A stretch of 64,000 bases of DNA, from NCBI GenBank assembly GCA_023137185.1, contig JAGLPS010000002.1, forward strand, positions 47,458 to 111,457. The letters are read 5' to 3'. Positions 7,642 through 17,323 of this stretch are shown in pieces. Numbering within the stretch: position 1 is the stretch's first letter; the number at the start of each line of letters is the position of its first letter. The DNA comes from Minisyncoccota bacterium (lineage in GTDB: Bacteria > Patescibacteriota > Minisyncoccia > Phycocordibacterales > JAGLPS01). The position numbers and the translations under genes are program-made. Below the pieces are notes generated by a model that was given only the letters and a program-made list of their open reading frames with translations, searched no databases and was not told the origin of the DNA.

Positions 7642-8061
7642 ATGTTATTTCCAAAAAAAGTAAAATATCGCAAGTGGCAGACACTGAGGGAGCATCCAGA
7701 CAAGGTTGGCGTTGCTTCACGAGGGTTTTGTGTGGCTTTTGGTTCATACGGTCTCAAGGCAATGACAGCCGCGCGTGTGGAATCAAAACAGCTTGAATCA
7801 GCTCGAAAAGTGCTTTCTCGTTCAACTGGCAAGACAGGAAAAGTGTGGTTGCGCGTGTTTCCTGATATGCCGTTTACAAAAAAACCAGCTGAAGTGAAAC
7901 TTGGAAAAGGAAAGGGTGACCCTGAAGGATATCAAGTCCCCGTTAAACCTGGTCGGATTATTTTTGAAATTGATGGGGTGACTGAAGATGTCGCTCGAGA
8001 AGCGTTGCGAAAAGCGGGAACAAAGCTCCCTGTAAAGACTAAAATGGTGATTCGCCACTAA
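7642..8061 (+). CDS. rplP: 50S ribosomal protein L16
   Basis: MLFPKKVKYRKWQ...GKGKGDPEGYQVPVKPGRIIFEI. Confidence 0.95.
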   Translation: MLFPKKVKYRKWQTLREHPDKVGVASRGFCVAFGSYGLKAMTAARVESKQLESARKVLSRSTGKTGKVWLRVFPDMPFTKKPAEVKLGKGKGDPEGYQVPVKPGRIIFEIDGVTEDVAREALRKAGTKLPVKTKMVIRH

Positions 8062-8083
8062 ATTTGACAGATTTCACAGAACT

Positions 8084-8287
8084 TTGCAAAATAAAACTTT
8101 TATGTCAGACCTTGCGAACAAAACCGAAAAAGACTTATTTAAGGCACTTTCCGAAAAACGGGAAGCACTGCGTAGTTTTCGATTTGGAATTTCGGGTAGT
8201 AAAGTGAGGAACATAAAAGAAGGCCGTACGATAAAAAAGGAAATCGCTCGGATTCTTACAGTGTTGAGTGCGAGAAATATAAAATAA
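8084..8287 (+). CDS. rpmC: 50S ribosomal protein L29 (the true start could be the ATG at 8102)
   Basis: KTEKDLFKALSEKREALRSFRF; its size and position between rplP and rpsQ fit L29. Confidence 0.75.
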   Translation: MQNKTFMSDLANKTEKDLFKALSEKREALRSFRFGISGSKVRNIKEGRTIKKEIARILTVLSARNIK

Positions 8288-8288
8288 T

Positions 8289-8555
8289 ATGACCAATACA
8301 CATCCAGATAAAACTACAAAAAGAAAAACTCTCACGGGGGAAGTAATGTCAAATAAGATGCAGGATACAGTTATTGTTTTGGTGAAGCTGTATAAAAAGC
8401 ACTCTAAGTATGAAAAGCACTTTCTTCGGGGGAAGCGGTATAAAGTTCATGATAAAGGCAATATGTCTTCTGTCGGGGACAAGGTGGTTATAGAAGAATG
8501 TCGGCCTTTTTCAAAAGAAAAGAAATTTACAATTGTTAAGAATTTGAGCGGGTAA
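8289..8555 (+). CDS. rpsQ: 30S ribosomal protein S17
   Basis: TGEVMSNKMQDTVIVLV...HDKGNMSSVGDKVVIEECRPFSKEKKFTIV. Confidence 0.85.
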   Translation: MTNTHPDKTTKRKTLTGEVMSNKMQDTVIVLVKLYKKHSKYEKHFLRGKRYKVHDKGNMSSVGDKVVIEECRPFSKEKKFTIVKNLSG

Positions 8556-8556
8556 T

Positions 8557-8928
8557 ATGATCCAACCACAAACATTAGTAAAAATCACGGATAATTCTGG
8601 TGGAGAAATCGGACGAGTATTCAAAGTACTCGGAGGAACACGGAAGAGGTACGCGAGGCTTGGTGATATTGTTGTGCTTTCGGTTCAAAAAGCAAAACCT
8701 CGAAAGACAGTAAAGAAAAAACAGGTTCTTCACGCGGTGGTAGTTCGCCAAAGCAAGGCGTTTCGCCGTAAAGATGGTTCGTACATTCGTTTTGATGAGA
8801 ACGCGGTTATTATTATTGAAAAGGGTAAAAAAGATCCAACAGCGGGTAGAATTTTTGGACCTATTCCAAGAGAGATCGCAGAACGAGGATTCCAGAAAAT
8901 CGCGTCTCTAGCACCGGAAATCGTATAG
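8557..8928 (+). CDS. rplN: 50S ribosomal protein L14
   Basis: MIQPQTLVKITDNSGG... Confidence 0.95.
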   Translation: MIQPQTLVKITDNSGGEIGRVFKVLGGTRKRYARLGDIVVLSVQKAKPRKTVKKKQVLHAVVVRQSKAFRRKDGSYIRFDENAVIIIEKGKKDPTAGRIFGPIPREIAERGFQKIASLAPEIV

Positions 8929-9113
8929 TAATTTAAGAAGCGAAGCGACTATAAATTACTTAACCCACCTTAATTTTTGAACATATGATTGGTGTTATCA
9001 CACAAAAAAATAACAATTCACACATTGCTCCAACAGTGGTAGAAAAGCTGTATGGTCAAAAATTGTGGTGGGTCATGATTGTTTCTAATTCGCTTTGCTT
9101 ATAAGAAAAATCA

Positions 9114-9425
9114 ATGAAAATTAAAAAAGGAGACAACATTATAGTAATTTCGGGAAAAGACAAGGGGAAAACCGCCCCAGTTCTTAAAGCATTTCCCGCT
9201 CTAAACAGAGTGGTTGTTGAGGGGGTTAATGTGAGAAAAATTCATGAACGAGCTCGAAAAGGGGGGCAGAAAGGTCAAATTGTAGACAGAGCGCTTCCGA
9301 TAAATGTGTCTAATGTTATGATAGTTGACCCCAAAACACATAAAAGAACACGTGTTGGAAAGGAGAGGAGAGGAGACAAAACTATCCGTATTGCAAAAAA
9401 GAGCGGTGCAGCACTTGATAAATAA
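9114..9425 (+). CDS. rplX: 50S ribosomal protein L24
   Basis: MKIKKGDNIIVISGKDKGK (KOW motif). Confidence 0.85.
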   Translation: MKIKKGDNIIVISGKDKGKTAPVLKAFPALNRVVVEGVNVRKIHERARKGGQKGQIVDRALPINVSNVMIVDPKTHKRTRVGKERRGDKTIRIAKKSGAALDK

Positions 9426-9427
9426 TT

Positions 9428-9973
9428 ATGCAGATGTTTAAAGAAAAAACAGAACACACATTTGAAGCACTTAAAGAGCGTTTTTCATACCGTAATAAAA
9501 TGCAATCCCCACGGCTTCTTAAGGTGGTAATAAATGTTGGGATTGGGTCAATTAAAGACCCTAAAAAAAAGGAGGTTATCCAAAATCGTCTTATTCGTAT
9601 TACTGGGCAGAAACCGCTTGAACGCGGAGCAAAAAAATCTATTGCGTCTTTTAAGACTAGACAAGGAGACAAAGTTGCCTATCAGGTAACACTTCGAGGA
9701 AAACGGATGCACGATTTTCTTGACCGTTTAGTGCATATTGCGTTTCCTCGTACAAAAGACTTTCGCGGTATTGCGACTTCTGGAATTGACGAAATGGGGA
9801 ATTATACCTTAGGAATTCGAGAACATATTATTTTTCCCGAAGCCTCAGACGAGGAAATAAAGGACGTATTTGGTCTTGCGGTAACAATTGTTACTACTGC
9901 TAAAACAAGAGAGGAAGCTCGCGCGTTTTTTGAGTATCTAGGATTTCCTTTTCGTAAGGAAGATAAGAAATAA
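9428..9973 (+). CDS. rplE: 50S ribosomal protein L5
   Basis: RNKMQSPRLLKVVINVGIG...REHIIFPE. Confidence 0.9.
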   Translation: MQMFKEKTEHTFEALKERFSYRNKMQSPRLLKVVINVGIGSIKDPKKKEVIQNRLIRITGQKPLERGAKKSIASFKTRQGDKVAYQVTLRGKRMHDFLDRLVHIAFPRTKDFRGIATSGIDEMGNYTLGIREHIIFPEASDEEIKDVFGLAVTIVTTAKTREEARAFFEYLGFPFRKEDKK

Positions 9974-9994
9974 GAAAGCGGCAAAGAAATATAT

Positions 9995-10020
9995 GCCACT
10001 GCGGTTATTACCGCAGTGGC
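9995..10020 (+). terminator. Hairpin GCCACTGCGG-TTATTA-CCGCAGTGGC after rplE
   Basis: 10-bp perfect stem followed by a T-rich tail. Confidence 0.5.
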
Positions 10021-10041
10021 ATTGTGTTTGTATTTGCTAAC

Positions 10042-10073
10042 AAAAACACCCTTAAAATTTTAAGGGTGTTTTT
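10042..10073 (+). terminator. Rho-independent terminator AAAAACACCCTTAAAATTTTAAGGGTGTTTTT
   Basis: 9-bp stem plus U-tract, directly downstream of the previous hairpin. Confidence 0.65.
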
Positions 10074-10535
10074 AGAGTGCTTTTTACCGCAAAATTTAGA
10101 TTTTGGAAGTTAAAAGAAAAACCTTGCAGTATATGGAAATAAATAGATTTTTTTTGAGAATTCTCTGACCCTGAGATTTTGAAATTATACCTCAGACACT
10201 CCTTTTTTGGTGGCTGGTCGCAATCCCATTTGCATAAGCCGTTTTCTTACTTCGTCGAAACTTTGAACATTTTCGAAACGAGCAACAGCGAATCTCATTA
10301 TATTCACCTCCTCTATTTTGACAAGCGAGTATGCCGCGAAAGCTTCCGAGCTTTCATGGCATCCGAGTATGTTCTCTGCCACGCGATTGAACGAGCGGGG
10401 CAAGTGCCGATATTACCCCACGGTCTTTGCTGCAGGGACATATATGTGTTCTTTCTAAAAAAAATCGTATTAAATTTTATTACTTCAGTCAACTCCTCCT
10501 CTTTATGTAAAAAATATGACGGAGTTCTCTCGTTT

Positions 10536-10565
10536 GACAAAATAAGCTCCTTCTTGCTAGTATTG
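10536..10565 (+). promoter_or_regulatory. Candidate promoter TTGACA-18-TAGTAT restarting the spc operon at rpsZ
   Basis: Consensus-like -35/-10 boxes ~30 nt upstream of the rpsZ ATG, after a 520-bp non-coding spacer. Confidence 0.4.
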
Positions 10566-10595
10566 AACCCACGCTTTTCAAAGCTTTTATTTTTT

Positions 10596-10781
10596 ATGGC
10601 GAAAAAATCAGTTATTGCCCGAGCGCAAAAAACACCAAAATTTAGCACTCGTATTGTGCGAAGGTGTTTTAAGTGTGGTCGTAGACGAGGTTATATGAGA
10701 GATTTTGACCTATGCCGAATCTGCTTTAGGGAGTTTTCTAATGAAGGAAAAATTCCTGGGGTACGAAAATCGTCCTGGTAA
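10596..10781 (+). CDS. rpsZ: 30S ribosomal protein S14, zinc-binding type Z (61 aa)
   Basis: [46 protein letters not shown]; the track ORF starts at 10179 but the true ATG is at 10596. Confidence 0.85.
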   Translation: MAKKSVIARAQKTPKFSTRIVRRCFKCGRRRGYMRDFDLCRICFREFSNEGKIPGVRKSSW

Positions 10782-10785
10782 TATT

Positions 10786-11172
10786 ATGCATGACCCCATT
10801 GCTGACATGCTTATACGGATGAAAAATGCAGGAAGTGTTGGAAAAACAACTGTTTCTTTTCCGTATTCAAAATTCAAAGTGGCTATTGTCGAGGTTTTAC
10901 AAAAGAATGGTTTTGTAAAATCTTTTGCAAAGAAGGGAAAGAAAAATAAGTCAATTGAGGTTGAACTTGTATTTGAGGGCGCTAAACCAAAAATGCGAGG
11001 GGTTAAAAGAATCTCAAAATTCTCACGAAGAATATATAAAAGTGTGCGGGATATTTATCCAGTACGGCAAGGGTATGGAATTGGTGTTTTTTCAACACCA
11101 AAAGGTGTGCTCTCTGATAAAGCTGCAAGAAAAGAGAAAGTCGGCGGAGAACTTTTGTTTGAAATTTGGTAG
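10786..11172 (+). CDS. rpsH: 30S ribosomal protein S8
   Basis: MHDPIADMLIRMKNAGSVGK...GVFSTPKGVLSDKAARK. Confidence 0.9.
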   Translation: MHDPIADMLIRMKNAGSVGKTTVSFPYSKFKVAIVEVLQKNGFVKSFAKKGKKNKSIEVELVFEGAKPKMRGVKRISKFSRRIYKSVRDIYPVRQGYGIGVFSTPKGVLSDKAARKEKVGGELLFEIW

Positions 11173-11200
11173 TTTGATATAACTCACTATAAATAATACG

Positions 11201-11743
11201 ATGTCACGATTAGGTAAAAAAGTTATTCCCCTTCCTTCAGGAACAGAGGCCATAGTGAAGACAGGGACCATCACAATTAAGGGAAAATTGGGAGAACTCT
11301 CGCGTTCATTTAAAACAGATGCCGTGTCAGTACAGATTACTCCGGAGGGGATAAAAGTAGACCCTGTTTCTGAATCTCTTTTAGCATTAAAATTGTGGGG
11401 AACATACGCATCACATATCAGAAATATGATTCAAGGCGTAAATGCAGCATATGAAAAATCTCTAATCATTCAGGGTGTTGGTTTTAAGGCTGATATACAA
11501 GGGGAAATTCTTGTGTTGAATCTCGGTTTTTCTCACCCTGTTAAAGTTGAGATTCCTCAAGCGCTTACAGTAGTTGTGGCAAAAGATACCATAAAAATTT
11601 CGGGTATCAGTAAAGAAGGAGTTGGACAGTTTGCGGCAAAGATACGGGCGATAAAAAAGCCTGAGCCGTATAAGGGGAAGGGTATCAGATATTCTGATGA
11701 AATAATTTTGCGTAAGGAAGGAAAAAAGTCAGCGACGGTGTAA
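11201..11743 (+). CDS. rplF: 50S ribosomal protein L6
   Basis: MSRLGKKVIPLPSGTEAIVKTGTITIKG. Confidence 0.9.
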   Translation: MSRLGKKVIPLPSGTEAIVKTGTITIKGKLGELSRSFKTDAVSVQITPEGIKVDPVSESLLALKLWGTYASHIRNMIQGVNAAYEKSLIIQGVGFKADIQGEILVLNLGFSHPVKVEIPQALTVVVAKDTIKISGISKEGVGQFAAKIRAIKKPEPYKGKGIRYSDEIILRKEGKKSATV

Positions 11744-11751
11744 TGTGATAT

Positions 11752-12102
11752 ATGGACAAACATAAAGAAAAAGTAATAAAGAGAAAGAGAAAACACGCTC
11801 GTATTAGAACGAAAATTTCGGGGACGGCAGAACGTCCAAGACTTTCGGTTTTTGTCTCAAGTCGCTATATTTCCTCTCAGCTTATTGATGATAATGAAGG
11901 AAAGACACTTGTTTCAGCAACTTCTCAAGGAATGGAGAGCGGCTCTCTTGTTGAAAAAGCTCGCGAGGTTGGAAGGAGTGTCGCTCGTAAAGCGCAAGAG
12001 CTCCATTTTAAAAAAGTAGTGTTTGACCGCGGAGGATTTTTATATTCAGGAAAAGTAAAAGCCATTGCCGAGGGGGCGCGTGAAGCGGGGCTTATATTTT
12101 AA
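11752..12102 (+). CDS. rplR: 50S ribosomal protein L18
   Basis: HARIRTKISGTAERPRLSVFVSSRYISSQLIDD. Confidence 0.85.
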   Translation: MDKHKEKVIKRKRKHARIRTKISGTAERPRLSVFVSSRYISSQLIDDNEGKTLVSATSQGMESGSLVEKAREVGRSVARKAQELHFKKVVFDRGGFLYSGKVKAIAEGAREAGLIF

Positions 12103-12110
12103 ATTAATAT

Positions 12111-12719
12111 ATGGAAAAAGAGACAACACAGAATAATATACAGGGAAAAGAGAAGGTCAGCACACAAGGAGAAAAAACCTCTTTAACTGCCAGTTTTTCT
12201 AGGAATAGAAAAGGTCCGAGAGAATTTCAGAAAAATGTTCGTCGTCGCAAACAGGGTCGCGGGGGGAAACCTCGTTCCGAATTTGAGCAGAAACTTATTA
12301 GTATCCGACGAGTGGCTCGTGTTGTTGCAGGAGGAAGGCGTTTTAGTTTTAGCGTGGCTATGATTATTGGTGATAAAAAAGGCTCTGTCGGAGTTGGTTC
12401 TGGAAAGGCTTCTGATACCGCGCTCGCTATAGAAAAAGCTCTTCGTGATGCAAAGAAGCATATGATTAAACTGTCTTTCACAAAAACGTTTTCCATTCCT
12501 CATCAGGTAGAAGCTAAATATTCAAGCTCTCGAGTTACAATGATGCCCACTGCTTTAGGAAAAGGAATTGTTGCTGGAAGCTCAGTACGAAACGTTTTGG
12601 AACTTGTGGGTGTTCGTGACGTTACCGCAAAAATATTGTCGGGAAGCAAAAATCAGATGAATAACGCGCGCGCCGCCGTTAAGGCTCTTTCTGAATTTGA
12701 AACAACGCAGAAAAATTAA
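12111..12719 (+). CDS. rpsE: 30S ribosomal protein S5, with an N-terminal extension
   Basis: LISIRRVARVVAGGRRFSFSVAMIIGDKKGSVGVGSGKA. Confidence 0.9.
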   Translation: MEKETTQNNIQGKEKVSTQGEKTSLTASFSRNRKGPREFQKNVRRRKQGRGGKPRSEFEQKLISIRRVARVVAGGRRFSFSVAMIIGDKKGSVGVGSGKASDTALAIEKALRDAKKHMIKLSFTKTFSIPHQVEAKYSSSRVTMMPTALGKGIVAGSSVRNVLELVGVRDVTAKILSGSKNQMNNARAAVKALSEFETTQKN

Positions 12720-12725
12720 ACTGCT

Positions 12726-13157
12726 ATGCAAAAACATCAACTTAAACGAAAAAATAAAAATAAAAAATCGGTTCAGATAGGACGAGGGGGGAAACGTGGG
12801 AAAACTTCAGGACGAGGTCATAAAGGACAAAAAGCTCGCGCGGGCGCAAAAATACGTCCTGCTATTCGTGATGTTATTAAAAAGCTTCCAAAATTACGGG
12901 GGTATCGGTTTAATAGTTTTAAAGAAAAACCAGCTATTATAAATCTTTCTCTCCTAGAGAAATCGTTTACGACAGGTGACATTGTCAATCCGTCGCTACT
13001 TGTAAAAAAGGAGTTTGTTGTGGTTCGCAAGGGTGCTTTTCCGTTGATAAAGATTCTTGGTACGGGGGTATTGACAAAAAAATTAACAATCACAAACTGT
13101 ATGGTTTCAGAATCAGCGCGACAAGCGATAGAGAAAGTGGGTGGTATTATAAAATAA
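12726..13157 (+). CDS. rplO: 50S ribosomal protein L15; it follows rpsE directly, so rpmD (L30) is absent
   Basis: KKSVQIGRGGKRGKTSGRGHKGQKARAG. Confidence 0.85.
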   Translation: MQKHQLKRKNKNKKSVQIGRGGKRGKTSGRGHKGQKARAGAKIRPAIRDVIKKLPKLRGYRFNSFKEKPAIINLSLLEKSFTTGDIVNPSLLVKKEFVVVRKGAFPLIKILGTGVLTKKLTITNCMVSESARQAIEKVGGIIK

Positions 13158-13169
13158 TAGCGGATGAAT

Positions 13170-13299
13170 CCCGTAGTGAAAAATGGCATTGGAGAGTTTT
13201 TGATAAATGATATATTCAACAAGATGTCGATATTATTACAGATAACTATATATAAATGGTAAACCCGCTCCTTAAAGCGATGCCATTTTCTACTACAGG
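13170..13299. mobile_element. Member of the MITE-like nested-hairpin family, forming the secY leader
   Basis: CCCGTAGTGAAAAATGGCAT (13170-13189) and ATGCCATTTTCTACTACAGG (13280-13299) are 20-bp inverted repeats; the right arm abuts the secY ATG at 13300. Confidence 0.5.
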
Positions 13300-14571
13300 A
13301 TGAAAGAGCTTGTACGAAAAATCAGTCTAATCTTTAGCGATTCAACACTTCGAGGTCGTATGCTGTTTACGCTTGTTGGTCTAATTATATTTCGGGTGCT
13401 TTCTTCAATTCCAGTTCCCGGAGTTGACGCACTTAGGCTTGAAAGCTTTTTTGCAGGAAATGATTTCTTGGGTTTTTTGAATATATTTTCGGGAGGCGGT
13501 CTTTCCAATCTCTCTTTGGTAATGCTTGGAGTCGGTCCCTACATTACCGCTTCAATTATTATGCAGCTTCTTACTATTATGTCGCCTCGTCTCAAAGCGA
13601 TGTATCAGGAGGAGGGGGAGGCAGGAAGGAGAAAATTTGCCCAGTACTCGCGTATATTAACCGTCCCACTTGCTCTGTTGCAATCATTTGCCTTTCTTAA
13701 TCTTTTGCAGAGCAATGAAGTTCTTAAATCGCTTACCTCCTTTGAAATGATGACAAATATACTTGTTGTGACTGTGGGTTCTGTGCTTCTTATGTGGATT
13801 GGAGAACTGATTACCGAGTTTGGTATTGGAAATGGAGTTTCCCTTCTTATTTTTGCTGGTATAGTTTCAGGTCTTCCGCAAATTCTTGGACAACTTTTGT
13901 TTACATTCGATCCGTCACAGATTCCAACCTATCTTGCGCTTTCATTTTTCATTCTTGTTGTTGTGGCGGCTGTTGTAGTGATTACAGAGGCGGAGCGTCC
14001 GATTCCGATTACATATGCGAAACGCGTCCGTGGAATGAGAGTCTACGGGGGGCTTTCGACGTATCTTCCGCTTCGTCTGAATCAAGCGGGAGTGATTCCG
14101 ATTATTTTCGCTCTTTCTTTTTTGCTCTTTCCGCAGATGATTGCTACATTTTTTTCCCAACTTCCTAACGATATTGTTCAAACAGTATCAAATTTTGTAA
14201 TTCAGTCTCTTAATAACCCTTGGGTGTATGGTTTTCTTTACTTTATCTTAGTCTTTTTCTTTACCTATTTTTATACTGCGCTTACTTTTGATCCCAGTAC
14301 GACAGCAACCAATCTCCAGAAGAGTGGCGCGTTTATTCCCGGTGTTCGCCCTGGTGTTCCAACATCTGAATATATCGGGAAAATTCTTACTCGTCTTACT
14401 CTTTTCGGGGCATTGTTTCTTGGTCTTATCGCGGTGCTTCCTATTGCCATTCGAGCAGTAACACATATTTCATCTCTTGCAATTGGAGGGACGGCGCTGC
14501 TCATTGTTGTTTCTGTTGTAATTGATCTCATCAAAAAAATTGACTCTCAGGTATCTCTGAGAGAATATTAA
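13300..14571 (+). CDS. secY: Protein translocase subunit SecY
   Basis: 423 aa, 10 TM helices, typical SecY motifs; downstream of rplO. Confidence 0.95.
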   Translation: MKELVRKISLIFSDSTLRGRMLFTLVGLIIFRVLSSIPVPGVDALRLESFFAGNDFLGFLNIFSGGGLSNLSLVMLGVGPYITASIIMQLLTIMSPRLKAMYQEEGEAGRRKFAQYSRILTVPLALLQSFAFLNLLQSNEVLKSLTSFEMMTNILVVTVGSVLLMWIGELITEFGIGNGVSLLIFAGIVSGLPQILGQLLFTFDPSQIPTYLALSFFILVVVAAVVVITEAERPIPITYAKRVRGMRVYGGLSTYLPLRLNQAGVIPIIFALSFLLFPQMIATFFSQLPNDIVQTVSNFVIQSLNNPWVYGFLYFILVFFFTYFYTALTFDPSTTATNLQKSGAFIPGVRPGVPTSEYIGKILTRLTLFGALFLGLIAVLPIAIRAVTHISSLAIGGTALLIVVSVVIDLIKKIDSQVSLREY

Positions 14572-14574
14572 ACT

Positions 14575-15168
14575 ATGCCTCCCCAGACGTTTATTTTTTT
14601 CGGCCGATCGGGATCGGGTAAAGGTACCCAAGCGCGTTTTTTAATTGATTATTTAAAAGAAAAAGATCCGGCGCGAATTGCTCTGTATCTTGAAACTGGC
14701 CAGCAAATTCGGGAATTTTCTAAGGAAGAAGGATACACAAGTACGCTTATACAAAGTATTTTAGGAAAAGGAGAACTTCTTCCCAGTTTTCTTCCTATAT
14801 GGATGTGGACTGATTTTCTTGTCAAACGCTTCACAGGCGAGGAACACCTCATTTTTGATGGTTTGTCACGTCGTCTGCATGAGGCTTCTGTTCTTGATAG
14901 CGCTATCAGGTTCTACGGTCAAACACGTTCTCACGTTATTCTTATCAATGTTTCCCGCGACTGGGCATTTCAACATCTCAAATCGCGTGGTCGGGAAGAT
15001 GATACCGACGATGACATAAATCGCCGTCTTAATTGGTATGAGAGTGATGTTGAAAAAGCTCTTAGTTTTTTCAAGGAAAAACCTGAGTATAAATTTATTG
15101 ATATCAATGGAGAACAGACGATTGAGAAAGTACATCAAGATATTGTCACGTCTCTTCATTTCCAATGA
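14575..15168 (+). CDS. adk: Adenylate kinase
   Basis: P-loop GRSGSGKGTQ; size and position after secY. Confidence 0.8.
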   Translation: MPPQTFIFFGRSGSGKGTQARFLIDYLKEKDPARIALYLETGQQIREFSKEEGYTSTLIQSILGKGELLPSFLPIWMWTDFLVKRFTGEEHLIFDGLSRRLHEASVLDSAIRFYGQTRSHVILINVSRDWAFQHLKSRGREDDTDDDINRRLNWYESDVEKALSFFKEKPEYKFIDINGEQTIEKVHQDIVTSLHFQ

Positions 15169-15935
15169 TTACTATTAAGTCGGAAAAGGACATTTCTCTC
15201 TTGAGGGAAGGGGGGAAACGCCATTCTTTCATTCTTAAGGAACTTGAAAACCTTGTATATCCTGGTATTTCTTCAAATGAACTCAATAATGCCGCTCTAC
15301 AAATGACACAAGAAGAAGGAGACCTGCCTGTTTTTTTGGGCTACTGCCCAAAAGGAGTTTCTAAACCTTATCCAGCGGCCCTTTGTGTCTCAATTAATGA
15401 TGAGGTTGTTCACGGGATACCCAACAAAAAATCAAAGATTCTCAAAGAAGGAGATATCGTGAGTATGGATCTCGGAATTTCCCACAAAGGGCTTATAACC
15501 GATGCCGCAATTACCGTACCTGTAGGGAAAATTGATACTATAGCTAAAAATTTGATAGAAATAACCAAGAGGGCTCTTTTTGTTGGGATTAAAGCGGCCC
15601 GTGGAGGGGGGTATGTAGGTGATATTGGATATGCAATTGAAAAAACCATACAAGACTCAGGCTTCAGTATTGTTGACGTTCTTTCCGGACACGGGGTAGG
15701 GTACAGTGTCCACGAAGACCCATTTGTTCCTAATATCGGGGAAAAAGGGGAGGGGCCACTTCTAAAACCCGGTATGGTGATTGCAATTGAACCTATTATC
15801 AATGAGGGGGTTTCCGAAATAATTTTTGATGAAAAAGATGAATATAGCACACGTACTGCCGATGGAAAACGAAGCGCTCACTTTGAGCACACAGTTCTTA
15901 TTACTGATGGCAAAGCAGAAATTCTTACCCTCTAG
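15165..15935 (+). CDS. map: Methionine aminopeptidase type I
   Basis: Pita-bread fold metal ligands: D..D.., HGVGYSVHEDP, E...E. Confidence 0.9.
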   Translation: MITIKSEKDISLLREGGKRHSFILKELENLVYPGISSNELNNAALQMTQEEGDLPVFLGYCPKGVSKPYPAALCVSINDEVVHGIPNKKSKILKEGDIVSMDLGISHKGLITDAAITVPVGKIDTIAKNLIEITKRALFVGIKAARGGGYVGDIGYAIEKTIQDSGFSIVDVLSGHGVGYSVHEDPFVPNIGEKGEGPLLKPGMVIAIEPIINEGVSEIIFDEKDEYSTRTADGKRSAHFEHTVLITDGKAEILTL

Positions 15936-15975
15936 ATTATTTAGGAGACTCAAGTATACTTGAAACTATATTTAT

Positions 15976-16578
15976 ATGAAAACAAAAGAAGAAAAAACTC
16001 TTGTAATCGTTAAACCTGATGGAATCCAGAGGTCGCTTATTGGTGAAATTATAAAAAGATACGAAAGAGTAGGCCTTAAACTTGCTGCTCTTAAAATGGT
16101 TGTGTCCACTGAAGAATTAATAGAAAAGCATTATTCGTCGGATTCCAATTGGAGGATTAAAAATGGAGAAAAAAGTATTAAATCATATAGAGATAAAGGG
16201 CTCAAACCTCCGACAGAAGACCCGATGGAAATGTCAGGAATCACTCTAGAAAAATTAAAAAAGTATATGTCGAGTGGTCCTGTAATCTGTATGGTGTGGC
16301 AAGGCGCGCATGCCGTTGAGATAGTAAGAAAAATTACCGGAGGGACAGAACCCTTAACGTCTGACGTGGGAACTATTCGCGGCGATTTTGTCTTAGACTC
16401 CTATCAAATTTCAGATACAGATGGTAGGGCTGTAAGAAATTTGATTCACGCTTCGGGCTCTATTGAAGAAGCGAACAAAGAGATTGCTCTGTGGTTTTCG
16501 AAAGAAGAAACACTTTGCTACTCTCTTGTTCAGGAAAAAATTCTCTACGACATTAATCTTGACGGAATACTTGAATAA
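15976..16578 (+). CDS. ndk: Nucleoside diphosphate kinase (long form with an insertion)
   Basis: TLVIVKPDGIQRSLIGEII...NLIHASGS. Confidence 0.75.
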   Translation: MKTKEEKTLVIVKPDGIQRSLIGEIIKRYERVGLKLAALKMVVSTEELIEKHYSSDSNWRIKNGEKSIKSYRDKGLKPPTEDPMEMSGITLEKLKKYMSSGPVICMVWQGAHAVEIVRKITGGTEPLTSDVGTIRGDFVLDSYQISDTDGRAVRNLIHASGSIEEANKEIALWFSKEETLCYSLVQEKILYDINLDGILE

Positions 16579-16834
16579 AAATTTCCTCGCAATAAGCGTA
16601 GCTCCAAAAGCTCTCTGACAGGGTTTTTTTCGGGTCTTTTCTTTTGTTCAAAAAGGTATATAATTAAAGTAGGGTTATTTGGGATATTATCTAGATTAAA
16701 GATATTTTTAGGGAGCCTTACATTTTACATCATCGTGGTGATGTGATGCGGGCACCCACCTAGAATTTCACTAGGTTAAATATCATCCAAGTAACCCTTA
16801 TGAAAACATCCACCAATGTGGATATTTTCATTTT

Positions 16835-17254
16835 ATGTTAAAAAATACTCGCGCACCATTTTTTATTGTAATTGTTCTCGGCGTTTTGATTGCCGTACTG
16901 CAACATACCGCTTTAATTTTTGATCTCTATTGGGTCATTAAATGGCTTGACCTCGTTATGCATATTTTTGGAGGAGCGTGGATAGCGTTTCTTTCTTTTT
17001 GGTTTTTATTCCATTTTTCTTTTTTTCAAAATAGAAAGGGGAACAGTATTTTTGTTGCGGATATTGTTTTTCTTTCAACCTTGATTGTTGGAATACTATG
17101 GGAAGTTTTTGAATCACAAACAGGTCTTACAAGTGTTTTCCAATATCATTACTGGGGGGATACGTTTTCTGACCTTCTTATGGATAGCGTAGGTGCTCTT
17201 GTTGCGGGTTTTTTTCTTGTTAAAAGTCCTATTGGACGCCACTTATCTTCGTAG
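16835..17254 (+). CDS. Hypothetical integral membrane protein (4 TM)
   Basis: Hydrophobic profile only; no motif recognised. Confidence 0.35.
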   Translation: MLKNTRAPFFIVIVLGVLIAVLQHTALIFDLYWVIKWLDLVMHIFGGAWIAFLSFWFLFHFSFFQNRKGNSIFVADIVFLSTLIVGILWEVFESQTGLTSVFQYHYWGDTFSDLLMDSVGALVAGFFLVKSPIGRHLSS

Positions 17255-17323
17255 CAGAGCTACAAAGATAAGTGGAGCGGTTTGTTTTATGAAAAAATTT
17301 CCAGCGAGAGAGTTAGAAGTTTT

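Noticed and set aside
10185-10403. 72-aa antisense ORF in the rplE-rpsZ spacer
   Set aside because: It starts with TTG, has no recognisable RBS or motif, and lies antisense inside a ribosomal operon spacer. It is probably non-coding, though a small gene or sRNA cannot be excluded.
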